Source: Patescibacteria group bacterium (GTDB lineage Bacteria; Patescibacteriota; Saccharimonadia; Saccharimonadales; VXPC01). From it: 64,000 nucleotides of DNA. The stretch's first letter is position 1. Each line of letters starts with the position of its first letter. Below, piece after piece: positions 16,978 through 25,852 of this stretch. The notes beneath the pieces are model-generated. The model searched no databases and had not been told where the DNA came from. It worked only from the letters and a program-made list of their open reading frames with translations. A program made the translations under genes and the position numbers. The stretch spans positions 3,528 through 67,527 of the forward strand of contig JBCCHY010000001.1 in NCBI GenBank assembly GCA_039028495.1, written 5' to 3'.

Positions 16978-17985
16978 ATGAGATACATAAAGGGTTTCTT
17001 GCTGTGGGTTGGTACACTGACGCTAGCTGGGTCCTACACGCTCTTCGCCGTGAGCTTTACCGCCAACAGCACTATTGGTAACCAAGAAACAGTAGTTGGC
17101 TGGCTGGACGAGTCCGATACTTATCAAAACGCTATTGATGCTATTGGCTCAATAGACATAGAGACCTCTGAAGAAGGAGGCGAGGGTGTCGAGATTGATG
17201 AAAAAGTAGCCTTGAGAGCGGCGCAGCAGGCGCTAGACAGTAGTGACGTTCGAGCGTGGTCAAACAGCGTCATATCTGGTGTTTTTGCCTGGCTCGAAGG
17301 AGAAGCAGATAGGCCAGAGTTTACGATAAACCTTGGAGACACAAAAACGTCGTTTGCCGACGCTCTCTACAACGAGCTGCTAAACGAGTATGAGAACCTA
17401 CCCGAGTGTACAGAGGAGAAGGTCCAAGAAGCCAGACGAGACCCAATAGGAGCCAGCTGCCAATCCAGCCTGGCAAACTATGAACTGGCTGCTAGTCAAA
17501 TACGATCAGATATACTGAACAATGACGATTTCTTGGGCGAAAGTGTCTATACAGTTGACTCCCTGAACCGCGAGGGCGAAGAGCCTATATACGAACAGCT
17601 GGACAGTCTGCCAGCACTCTATGGGGTGAGCCAAAAACTACCACTTATATTCATAGCTATAGCTGCTGCCTCATCAGTAGTAATTGTATTCGCAAGCGGC
17701 AATAGATCACTCGGCCTTCGGCGACTCAGTGGACGACTGATAACGAGTGCTGTTGGTGGGGCAGTTGCTACGGGAATGTTCATAGTCGCCACAATGCTTA
17801 TCCTCAGATCGATTGGATCAAATGCAGAGGGCGAGGCGGCCAATATCATCCTAGAACCTCTAGCAAGCGTGATTGTAAAAGATCTCATCAAATACGCCGT
17901 GATTGTTACTGTCACAGCTTTGCTGCTAGCAATTGGTCTCAGAATTATTTCTATCAAGACCCGTAGGGAAAACAAGAGTAGCTAA
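16978..17985 (+). CDS. Hypothetical membrane protein
   Basis: N-terminal TM/signal, acidic extracellular domain with a Cys pair, three C-terminal TM helices. Confidence 0.75.
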   Translation: MRYIKGFLLWVGTLTLAGSYTLFAVSFTANSTIGNQETVVGWLDESDTYQNAIDAIGSIDIETSEEGGEGVEIDEKVALRAAQQALDSSDVRAWSNSVISGVFAWLEGEADRPEFTINLGDTKTSFADALYNELLNEYENLPECTEEKVQEARRDPIGASCQSSLANYELAASQIRSDILNNDDFLGESVYTVDSLNREGEEPIYEQLDSLPALYGVSQKLPLIFIAIAAASSVVIVFASGNRSLGLRRLSGRLITSAVGGAVATGMFIVATMLILRSIGSNAEGEAANIILEPLASVIVKDLIKYAVIVTVTALLLAIGLRIISIKTRRENKSS

Positions 17986-18013
17986 TACTCTTTAAATGTG
18001 ATATAGTATAGAT

Positions 18014-18331
18014 ATGAATCAACAAAACACAAAACCGAGCTGTGTGCGATACGCGGCTTCAATACTCGGTGACAAATGGACTCCAGTACTATTACGAGAG
18101 CTGTGTGAAGGAGCACGGACATTCTCTGAGCTGTCAACAGCATCGGGCGGAATCAGTCCCAGAACACTTAGCCAACGTCTGCATTTTCTCTTGGAAGAAG
18201 ACATCATCAGCCGCGACTGCAATATTGATGACAAGCGCAGCAACTATTACTGTCTGACTGTTAAAGGCCTAGAGCTTCAGGAGATCCTGGATAAGATGGC
18301 TGAGTGGTCATCAAGAAATAACGCCTGCTGA
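18014..18331 (+). CDS. HxlR-family winged-helix transcriptional regulator
   Basis: ILGDKWTPVLLREL...RTFSEL...GISPRTLSQRL...YCLTVKG. Confidence 0.92.
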   Translation: MNQQNTKPSCVRYAASILGDKWTPVLLRELCEGARTFSELSTASGGISPRTLSQRLHFLLEEDIISRDCNIDDKRSNYYCLTVKGLELQEILDKMAEWSSRNNAC

Positions 18332-18346
18332 CACAGATGTGAAGCC

Positions 18347-18370
18347 TGTGTCACTTCGATTAGTGACACA
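18347..18370. terminator. Hairpin after the HxlR gene (terminator or operator)
   Basis: tgtgtcact-tcgatt-agtgacaca, a 9-bp inverted repeat. Confidence 0.45.
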
Positions 18371-18401
18371 AAATACTTATTGAGTAGGGTACAATATTCG
18401 T

Positions 18402-18884
18402 ATGCAAGACAACGTGGGTGAGTCACAATCTGTCAGCTGGGTAGGCCCAGAATTCATCCATCACCCTAAGAATGCAGGATGGTACATGGGGCTAGGGTTC
18501 ATAGCTGCGGTTGTAGCTGTTGCCTGCTACTTCCTAACATCCGGGAGCATATTTGCAGTAATTACTATTGTTTTGGCGGTTATCGCATTAGCTGCTTTTG
18601 CGAGCAGACAACCAAAAGATCACCAGTTCACCATAGATTATAGCGGGGTGTACGTAGGTGAGAGGTTATACCCATACGAACAATTCGGATCCTTTGCGAT
18701 TACCAACAACGATGACATCGAGAGTATCTATCTCATGTCTGTGAATAGACTCCAGATGCCGCTATCCCTGTACGTTCCAGCAGAACAAATGGAAGCGGCC
18801 CTGCAGATTGTAGAGGCAATGGTCCCTTACCAAGAGCGTGACCAAACACTAGTCGAACAATTGATGCACAATCTGAGGTTCTAG
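18402..18884 (+). CDS. Conserved CPR membrane protein (2 TM + PH-like domain, DUF5673-like)
   Basis: WxGPEFIHHPKNAGWY, two TM helices, YPYEQFGSF. Confidence 0.7.
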   Translation: MQDNVGESQSVSWVGPEFIHHPKNAGWYMGLGFIAAVVAVACYFLTSGSIFAVITIVLAVIALAAFASRQPKDHQFTIDYSGVYVGERLYPYEQFGSFAITNNDDIESIYLMSVNRLQMPLSLYVPAEQMEAALQIVEAMVPYQERDQTLVEQLMHNLRF

Positions 18885-18928
18885 CACATAGGCCGTACAT
18901 GACCCAAGAGTTCAAATCGTGATACGTA

Positions 18929-18965
18929 AAAGAAAAAACCTGCACAAATGGCAGGTTTTTTCTTT
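18929..18965. terminator. Bidirectional intrinsic terminator
   Basis: aaagaaaaaacctgc-acaaatg-gcaggttttttcttt between a convergent CDS and the tRNA cluster. Confidence 0.8.
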
Positions 18966-19041
18966 GGCGTACCTGGCAGGATTTGAACCTGCGACCTCTT
19001 GTACCGCAAACAAACGCTCTATCCAGCTGAGCTACAGGTAC
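18965..19041 (-). tRNA. tRNA-Arg(GCG)
   Basis: GTACCTG TA GCTC AGCTGGATA GAGC G TTTGT TTGCGGT ACAAG AGGTC GCAGG TTCAAAT CCTGC CAGGTAC GCCA forms a cloverleaf with anticodon GCG and encoded CCA. Confidence 0.93.
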
Positions 19042-19067
19042 TTAGTCGGCGTGTGATGGTGATTCCG

Positions 19068-19087
19068 CCTGGCGGAGAGGGTGGGAT
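19068..19087 (-). repeat. Duplicate of the tRNA-Ser(TGA) 3' end
   Basis: cctggcggagagggtgggat is identical to 19184-19203. Confidence 0.9.
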
Positions 19088-19184
19088 GACGCTAACGCTA
19101 CTCCGTTCCTTACGAACCGCATTGGGTTCAACTCCACTTTCTGCTAGAAAGTCGCCCGTCTACTAGTGTAGACAGACGCCCTTC

Positions 19185-19275
<91 letters not shown>

Positions 19276-19368
19276 ACTACGTTGCGAGCCGTCCTCGTTC
19301 CACAAACACTCGCTGGTTGGATAGTGTACCAGCTCGCTAATTGTGTCAAGCAAGCTTGACTACAATCT

Positions 19369-19384
19369 GGTCACCTCTCCACTA
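19369..19384 (-). repeat. Duplicate of the tRNA-Ser(TGA) 5' end
   Basis: ggtcacctctccacta is identical to 19264-19279. Confidence 0.85.
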
Positions 19385-19401
19385 ACTATCATGGCCCAGC
19401 A

Positions 19402-19494
19402 TGGCGGAGAGAGAGGGATTCGAACCCTCGCGCCAGCTTGCGCCGACCTACAGCTTTAGCAAAGCCGCCCCTTCAGCCACTTGGGTACCTCTCC
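19402..19494 (-). tRNA. tRNA-Ser(GCT)
   Basis: GGAGAGGTACCCAAGTGGCTGAAGGGGCGGCTTTGCTAAAGCTG...GAGGGTTCGAATCCCTCTCTCTCCGCCA. Confidence 0.96.
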
Positions 19495-19554
19495 AGATAC
19501 AGGGCAATGATAGAACAGGGGTGATTTTATCACCTTGAGCCTACTTTAGCAAAG

Positions 19555-20217
19555 CTACTTAGATCGTATTAGTACGGCGCCGTATACATGTTTCGCCCCG
19601 GCTTGCTTAAGTAGCTTGGTGCAGGCTGTTAACGTTGCGCCTGTAGTATATATATCGTCTACCAGCAGAATCCTCTCGGGTACTACCCTAGAAGCAGCAA
19701 TCGCATACTGTTCTTTTGCCTGCCTGAGCCGTGCGGCCCTGCTAGAACCTACCTGTTTGCTGGTACCTACCCTGCGCAGTAGCTGATGGCTGGCAAGCTG
19801 CTTTCTAGACGCTAATTCGTGAGCTACTACAGCAGCATGGTCAAACCCACGCTCACGCACTCTGCTGTAGGCTGATGGAACATGAGTTACACCAAACTCG
19901 TCTAGATAGTCCGGGGATATCTCGCCCATCAGGGCAGCTGCTGCGGTGCAAGCATCTTTGTTGGATGAGTATTTTGCGCTGGAGATCAGTCTGCGGGCAG
20001 GGGAGTCGCTTGTGCTGAAGAAATAACACGTGTCCATGCCTGTTGTTTTTCGGCAAGGGCTGCACAGCCGGTAGTCCTTTGACAGCGCACCACAAACAAT
20101 GCAGCTGGGTGGGGCAGCCTCCATCTCTTCCGTGCAGTCATCATGTAGTAGTTTTGATTCTCTACCACACACAATGCACAGATCCGGCGCAACAACTCTC
20201 ATAAATCTACGAATCAT
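19555..20217 (-). CDS. comF: ComF family protein (double zinc ribbon + PRTase)
   Basis: CIVC, CIVC..CSPC, RGFDHA and LLVDDIYTTGATL. Confidence 0.9.
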   Translation of the reverse strand: MIRRFMRVVAPDLCIVCGRESKLLHDDCTEEMEAAPPSCIVCGALSKDYRLCSPCRKTTGMDTCYFFSTSDSPARRLISSAKYSSNKDACTAAAALMGEISPDYLDEFGVTHVPSAYSRVRERGFDHAAVVAHELASRKQLASHQLLRRVGTSKQVGSSRAARLRQAKEQYAIAASRVVPERILLVDDIYTTGATLTACTKLLKQAGAKHVYGAVLIRSK

Positions 20218-20465
20218 CAGCTCATCCTAGCCCAAACAAACGCAGACAAGCATCTTTCTAACAAATACCTAAAAATCCCACTGCAAAGAAGGTCTCAGGC
20301 AAGGGCTTGCGAATTATTGCTAATCATTACCTCTTAAAGACTGTCTTTATTAGGTCATTTTTCTATCAGGCGAGGCTAATCGAGCTACAGGCAAAGATCT
20401 CTTAGCGTTAAAAAACTCAGCTCGAGCCAAGGCCTGACCCTAAATCTTGGTTAAAAACCACCTGA

Positions 20466-20567
20466 CTTTGAGCCAGAATGGAATTTTCATGAGGACAATA
20501 AAAGGTTGCTGTGCATATGGCACTGCGCCTTTTGTTCCCGGAATTAAAATATCTATTCTGGCCAAAG
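20466..20567. other. Structured intergenic element (long nested hairpin)
   Basis: ctttg-a-gccagaat pairs with attctggc-caaag. Inner aaaagg/cctttt stem and gtgc-atatg-gcac hairpin. Core shared with 61323-61414. Confidence 0.6.
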
Positions 20568-20568
20568 A

Positions 20569-20610
20569 AAAAACCGGAAAGTGCGGCTTTGCCAACACTC
20601 TCCGGTTTTT
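20569..20610 (-). terminator. Intrinsic terminator of hsp20
   Basis: aaaaaccggaaagtg...cactctccggttttt immediately after the hsp20 stop. Confidence 0.8.
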
Positions 20611-20623
20611 GGTCAGTTGGTTT

Positions 20624-21082
20624 TTACTGGACGGTTATTTTCTTAACAGTATCTTGCTTAACCTTAGTAAACGACACCGTCAAAACCCCATCCTTAAGAA
20701 GCGCCTCGATCTCGTCTTCTTTAACAGGTACAGGTAGAGTGATGCTTCGAGCAAATTCACCCCAGTAGCACTCCTGGACAAAGTAGTTATCAACATCATC
20801 TTCTACACCTGCAGACAGAGTCCCGCGAATGGTCAGAGTGTTATCTGCGATGCTAACATCCAGGTCTTCTTTATTGACTCCAGCGACGCGGCATTTAACC
20901 ATCAGTCGCTCTTTTGTCTCGTAGACGTCTAACGCTAGTTGACCTGGCAGGTCGGCCTGCTCTTCGCTCCAAGAGTCGTCCTGCTGACCCTCTGTTGCTT
21001 GCGGCTCTGCTATTAGATCGTCATCTCCGAGGAACGCAGCCGTTAGCTCTTCCTCAACAAATAGTTCATCATTTTCATTCAT
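20624..21082 (-). CDS. Hsp20/alpha-crystallin small heat shock protein
   Basis: LDVYET...VAGVNKEDLDVSIADNTLTIRG...ECYWGEFARSITLP...LKDGVLTV. Confidence 0.95.
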   Translation of the reverse strand: MNENDELFVEEELTAAFLGDDDLIAEPQATEGQQDDSWSEEQADLPGQLALDVYETKERLMVKCRVAGVNKEDLDVSIADNTLTIRGTLSAGVEDDVDNYFVQECYWGEFARSITLPVPVKEDEIEALLKDGVLTVSFTKVKQDTVKKITVQ

Positions 21083-21234
21083 TTTCTCGCTAACCCTCCT
21101 TGGTCTTGCTCCGAATTATACGGTGTAGGGGGCGGGGGCTGCAAGACTTTGTTGTACCTTTAACTGATCCTGTAGAGCTTCCCCAAACCCTGCCGATGTT
21201 TCTAGCCTGGCTTGGGAGAGTTCTACTTGAAAAA

Positions 21235-21263
21235 GAAACAGCCCCGAGATCCAGGGCTGTTTC
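21235..21263 (-). terminator. Intrinsic terminator after the pilin array
   Basis: gaaacagccc-cgagatcca-gggctgtttc, followed by a T run on the minus strand. Confidence 0.75.
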
Positions 21264-21287
21264 GCTACTTCTAGCCTATGCGTCGTA

Positions 21288-21725
21288 TTAGACTCGGCCG
21301 AGCACGAACCTAACTATTGTCTGCGCGAGCGCTACAACTACTAGGCCAATGATGGCGTAGAGGATTGTATCCTTAGCTGCTTTGACTCCAGCCTGGTCGC
21401 CACCAGATGTGATGTACTTGAAGCCAGCATAGATAATCATGATTACGGCAACAACACCGATGATCCATGAGAATATGTCGATTATAGTCGTGACGATGTT
21501 GTTTATATCGTCAGTAGCAGCTGTTGTATCACAATTAGACGCGTCTGAGTCAAACTTCAGGTCAGCACCTTGACATAGCCTGTTCTCAATATTAGTTGTT
21601 TCCGAAGATCCGCCTGGGGCAGGGGTTTCCTGGGCCAGAACCGTACTCGAACCTACAACAGGTAGCCCTAACGGCAATGCTGCTGCGAAGAGACTGATTA
21701 CAAGTATTTTGAGTTTACTTAGCAT
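21288..21725 (-). CDS. T4SS pilin-like (TrbC/VirB2-type, CPR pilin)
   Basis: Signal peptide plus GVVAVIMIIYAGFKYITSGGDQAGVKAAKDTILYAIIGLVVV. Confidence 0.85.
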   Translation of the reverse strand: MLSKLKILVISLFAAALPLGLPVVGSSTVLAQETPAPGGSSETTNIENRLCQGADLKFDSDASNCDTTAATDDINNIVTTIIDIFSWIIGVVAVIMIIYAGFKYITSGGDQAGVKAAKDTILYAIIGLVVVALAQTIVRFVLGRV

Positions 21726-21805
21726 TTAGTTAATCCTTTTTTATCACTATATGGTTATGATTATAGACGTATTAGCTCGGAGCGTCCACTATAAATAGGG
21801 GGTGC

Positions 21806-22231
21806 CTAGCCAGCTGCTGGGTCAACTGCCTCAACTGCGCCCGGGGTTCCAGTCGCCTCGTTGATGACAAATCGCACAATCGCCTGAGCCATGACTACCA
21901 CTGCTAGGCCTACCAGTCCGTAGATGATACCGTTTCGAGCCTGGCCAACTTTCTGAGCGTCACCGCCTGCCAGGATGAATCTCAGGCCAGACACTATTAT
22001 CATGATCACAGCAATCACTCCAACCACCCAGCTGAGTATGCTGATCACATTGCCGACTAGGTTATTAACTTCTGTTTCGGCATTGCCACCAGGGCCACCG
22101 GCTGCGTCTACGCCGCGCAACACATCGCTGCCGTCCTGTGCGCTAGCAGTCCCCGTCATGAAGCCTATTAGGGCAATTACCACCATCAGGCTGATCGTGC
22201 TGAAGGCATCTATTTTTGTGAGTGTGTTCAT
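21806..22231 (-). CDS. T4SS pilin-like (TrbC/VirB2-type)
   Basis: GVIAVIMIIVSGLRFILAGGDAQKVGQARNGIIYGLVGL. Confidence 0.85.
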   Translation of the reverse strand: MNTLTKIDAFSTISLMVVIALIGFMTGTASAQDGSDVLRGVDAAGGPGGNAETEVNNLVGNVISILSWVVGVIAVIMIIVSGLRFILAGGDAQKVGQARNGIIYGLVGLAVVVMAQAIVRFVINEATGTPGAVEAVDPAAG

Positions 22232-22261
22232 TTTTTATCCTTTTTATCAGATTGACTGATG

Positions 22262-22870
22262 TTAACTATACCATATTCTCTGGTTTTCAGCTGGTCTGGT
22301 CATATAGGTTGTTTCGGATTCTGCGCTCGGAGTTTCAGTAATCCGCTCTACCATGTAGGCAACTATCGGGGCTGCAAAGGTCGCTATGACTGCTCCGACT
22401 AGTGCATATATTATCGTTTGGCGAGCACTCGACGTCTTGGCCGGATCACCGTCGGACAGAACGTATCTGATGCCGCCAACCACAATCATGATTACGGATA
22501 TGATTCCCGTTGCGACTGCAATTAATCCTGCGATGCGGCCAACTAGTGTCGGTGCGTCGCCATCGACGGTTATGACTTCTCCTAGAGCAAACCTGGTGAT
22601 CGCAAATCCAAATATCGCTACTGCCATACCGACACCGGCATAGATGATGCCGTTCTTTGCCTGAGACGTCTTGCCCGGATCGCCACCTGATAGGGCGTAG
22701 CGCATACCCTGCAGTGTGATCATCAGCACACTGAGCGCACCCAGCACGCTAAACGCCAGAGTCAGGACATCGCTCACCGTTTCCTGTGCACTACCTGTGC
22801 TGATCTGGGGGAGAGAGTCAGGTCTCTCCAGAACAATTTGTGCAAAACCAGCGATCATATCTAGAACCAT
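22262..22870 (-). CDS. Pilin-like protein with two tandem pilin domains
   Basis: GMRYALSGGDPGKTSQAKNGIIYAGVG and GIRYVLSDGDPAKTSSARQTIIYALVG. Confidence 0.85.
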   Translation of the reverse strand: MVLDMIAGFAQIVLERPDSLPQISTGSAQETVSDVLTLAFSVLGALSVLMITLQGMRYALSGGDPGKTSQAKNGIIYAGVGMAVAIFGFAITRFALGEVITVDGDAPTLVGRIAGLIAVATGIISVIMIVVGGIRYVLSDGDPAKTSSARQTIIYALVGAVIATFAAPIVAYMVERITETPSAESETTYMTRPAENQRIWYS

Positions 22871-23358
22871 AGGAACCCCGCGCTACCGTCTACAAGCGTT
22901 GTATGTACCCATTCCAATATTAGTCGTACAGAGCCAGCAATAACCGCTCCGACGATGCCATTGATGATAGTCTGACGAGCATCGTTTGTCTTGTCCGGCG
23001 ACCCATCACTAGCGACGTATTTGAACCCACCAACTATAGTGAAGCCTACAGCGACAATACCTGCGAGCGATACGATCGCGATCAGAACATTGTTGGCAAT
23101 TATCAGGATGGGGTTTTGATCTGCATCACCACTCAGCACGTCACCTGTATCCAGATCATCGCAGTTAGACAGGCCACGATCCCAGGTAGGTATACCGAGT
23201 ATGCTACGGTTCTCGGCATCGCCTTCACATCCACTAGCGCTTACACCCGGTTCAGGCGTAGAGTCCTGCGCATATACACTCGGTGTACTCGCTAAATGTA
23301 GTGCAGGAACAACCAGAGAGAGGAGTGCCACGAGTACAATGAGCTTACGTTTTATCAT
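22861..23358 (-). CDS. T4SS pilin-like protein
   Basis: GGFKYVASDGSPDKTNDARQTIINGIVG. Start set at the ATGA overlap (23358). Confidence 0.82.
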   Translation of the reverse strand: MIKRKLIVLVALLSLVVPALHLASTPSVYAQDSTPEPGVSASGCEGDAENRSILGIPTWDRGLSNCDDLDTGDVLSGDADQNPILIIANNVLIAIVSLAGIVAVGFTIVGGFKYVASDGSPDKTNDARQTIINGIVGAVIAGSVRLILEWVHTTLVDGSAGFLWF

Positions 23359-24053
23359 GCGAAAACTCCTCCGGGTATTAGATAGTTCAGAAATGCGTAG
23401 AGGCCTAGGAATGCCACGTAGGCCCAAATAGCATTGTATATACGATTCTTGGCTGACTGAACTCTCTGGGGGTTACCGTTGCTAGCAGAGTACTGAATAC
23501 CCCCTACTGCAGCCACGGCAACAACAATCAATGTCGTCAGCAGTGCCATGACGTTCAGTATGCCGTTGATCAGATTAAACAATTCACAATTACTGTGGGA
23601 TGTACACGTACTACTTCCTCCGCTTGATGAGGTGCTACCACCTAGTGCAGCTGGTGTACCCGCGTCAATAGCTCCCGATGGGCATTCACCTGTCGTATAT
23701 AGCTCTAGTCGACCAGTGCCGTTATCACAAAACGCCCCGTCAGAGCCTGTGACCGCTGTGGCTGGACCACCATCATTGATCGCTGGACAGCCAGATGCGT
23801 CTTCTGTGTAATAGACTCCGCGGTTTGAGCCCGATAGAACAGCCTCTTCAAACACACACAGTGCACCACCACTGGTTGTAGGTTGTTGTCCATCTGGACA
23901 ATCGTCACCGGCACCGTATTCAAAAACACGCCCAATATCGTCATAACAGGTCAGTGCGGCAACATTTTGTACATTTGGCTGAACCATGACAAAGAGAGCT
24001 CCGGCGAGCACCGGGACAATTAGCAGTTTTAGATTTTTTAGTTTTGCAATCAT
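23355..24053 (-). CDS. Pilin-like protein with a Cys-rich N-terminal extension
   Basis: C-terminal GGIQYSASNGNPQRVQSAKNRIYNAI...FLNYLIPGG, preceded by three C...CP units. Confidence 0.82.
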   Translation of the reverse strand: MIAKLKNLKLLIVPVLAGALFVMVQPNVQNVAALTCYDDIGRVFEYGAGDDCPDGQQPTTSGGALCVFEEAVLSGSNRGVYYTEDASGCPAINDGGPATAVTGSDGAFCDNGTGRLELYTTGECPSGAIDAGTPAALGGSTSSSGGSSTCTSHSNCELFNLINGILNVMALLTTLIVVAVAAVGGIQYSASNGNPQRVQSAKNRIYNAIWAYVAFLGLYAFLNYLIPGGVFA

Positions 24054-24151
24054 TTCTAATACTCTGTCAATTATCCCTCAATTAGCTTAATAAGTATAGC
24101 CCTATTCAAACTGTAGTAATTGTTACGTCTATAGGTTATATTAGTGCTTAA

Positions 24152-25852
24152 GTGATGAGAGCTAAAATAAAACAATTTCTTGGTCAGGGGTTGGTGCTAC
24201 TTGTGGCATTGTTTGCGATTAGTTCGCTACAAACTGCAAATGTCCACGCCGACCATGTTACTAACGGTAGTGACTTCCCGGGAACCGTTACAGCTGAAAT
24301 CATCGGCATAGATACCGTCCAGATTACTATCGATCGCGACCCTCAGGCTAATGGTCGAGATGACCCACCGCTTACATTTACGCTCTTTAACGATAGAGGT
24401 CTCCACAACCCAGACAATAAACCAACCGCAAAATTCGAAGCAGGTGACCAAGAAGGCATTCCAGAATACCAATGTGGTGACGATGCATGGAGCTCAAAAT
24501 TAGTCATAAATGACTATCCATACATTGGCGATCAGCCGACAAGCTTCACCGCTAACCTAGGATTCCACTATCCGGTAACCGTAGGAGACTGCTCGATAGA
24601 GTTCAGAGTCAGCGGACTAGCTGTCTCTAATGCACTCTCGGGCGACACCGGTGTCTCTCCAGGGGCTGAAAACTATATATTCGATGGTGGAGAAGTAAGA
24701 TCAGCTGATGGTCAATTCTGCTATCGTCAAGATCCACTGCTTGATTCACGGGTGCAGGCGGGGGCATATGTTCAGTATGAATGCGGCTCAGGTCCTGTCA
24801 GATATCGACCAGAGTGCCCCGACTTCTTTTTATTTGGTGGATCAGAAGCTCAGCTTGAAAACACCTCACCACTGACCTTTGATCTCATCCAAAGGTTTGA
24901 GGAGAGAACAGGCGCTGATAGATGTAGATCCGCAGCAAACGCTGTCAGAACCGCAGTATCAGTAGTCAATAACGCCGCCTTACCCGAAGACAGCCAGGTC
25001 ACCACAGGACCTAACTCACCAGGATCAGGTGAGGGGGTTCAGGACTGTGAGACTACTGGCTATGACGAGTCTAGACTCTCCTGGATCATTTGTAGCGCCC
25101 TAGAGCTTGCGGACAGGGCTCTAACCTGGATCGATGGACAGATCGCCGACCAGCTGCGCATAAATGTTGATGAGCTACGAAACGAAGATAGCTACCGTAA
25201 GGCCTGGGGTGCTATGCGTAACCTGGCAACGGTATTCATTATCATTACCGCGTTCGTGATGGTTATCTCTACCGCATTAGACGTCAATGTATTCAGTAAC
25301 TACACGGTTAAAAAATACTTGCCTAGACTGGTGCTGGGCACAATATTCATCCAGCTCTCGTGGGTTCTGGGCCTACTCACGATAGAGGCCGCTGGGTTCC
25401 TGGCAGATGGTATAGAGTTCCTGTTATTCACCGCGTTTAACGGTGACGGGGTTGTGCAGAATCTCAATCTAACCACTCTGTTTGAACACTATATACAAAG
25501 AGAGGGATTGACTACAGCGGCGACAGGCGTTGGATTTGCAGGACTCATCGCCGCAGGTGCTCTACTGAGTCTGGGCGGGTTCTTTGCGATTTTGGCACTC
25601 GCCTGGTCAGCGGCCGGGTTCCTATTTTTCGCCTGGATATTCCTCATCATCAGACAGCTACTAATATTCACACTGATCATCATGGCGCCGCTGGGTATAT
25701 CACTATGGATCCTGCCGGGCAGCGATAGGGCCTGGGGACTATACCGCAAACTGTTCTTTATACTGCTATATATCGAAATAACCATGGTCTCTATATCGGC
25801 AATTGGTAAAATAATGGCCTGGATAACAATCGGCGCACCGGGGAGCCTCTAG
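24152..25852 (+). CDS. VirB6/TrbL-like T4SS membrane protein (N-terminal part)
   Basis: Signal peptide, Cys-rich ectodomain, then AWGAMRNLA...YTVKKYLPRLV...IQLSW...RQLLIFTLIIMAPL...ILPG, as in CPR VirB6-like proteins. Confidence 0.7.
   Translation: MMRAKIKQFLGQGLVLLVALFAISSLQTANVHADHVTNGSDFPGTVTAEIIGIDTVQITIDRDPQANGRDDPPLTFTLFNDRGLHNPDNKPTAKFEAGDQEGIPEYQCGDDAWSSKLVINDYPYIGDQPTSFTANLGFHYPVTVGDCSIEFRVSGLAVSNALSGDTGVSPGAENYIFDGGEVRSADGQFCYRQDPLLDSRVQAGAYVQYECGSGPVRYRPECPDFFLFGGSEAQLENTSPLTFDLIQRFEERTGADRCRSAANAVRTAVSVVNNAALPEDSQVTTGPNSPGSGEGVQDCETTGYDESRLSWIICSALELADRALTWIDGQIADQLRINVDELRNEDSYRKAWGAMRNLATVFIIITAFVMVISTALDVNVFSNYTVKKYLPRLVLGTIFIQLSWVLGLLTIEAAGFLADGIEFLLFTAFNGDGVVQNLNLTTLFEHYIQREGLTTAATGVGFAGLIAAGALLSLGGFFAILALAWSAAGFLFFAWIFLIIRQLLIFTLIIMAPLGISLWILPGSDRAWGLYRKLFFILLYIEITMVSISAIGKIMAWITIGAPGSL

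Noticed and set aside
20447-20768. Short plus-strand ORFs (96 and 85 aa)
   Set aside because: They overlap hsp20 antisense and its terminator hairpins.
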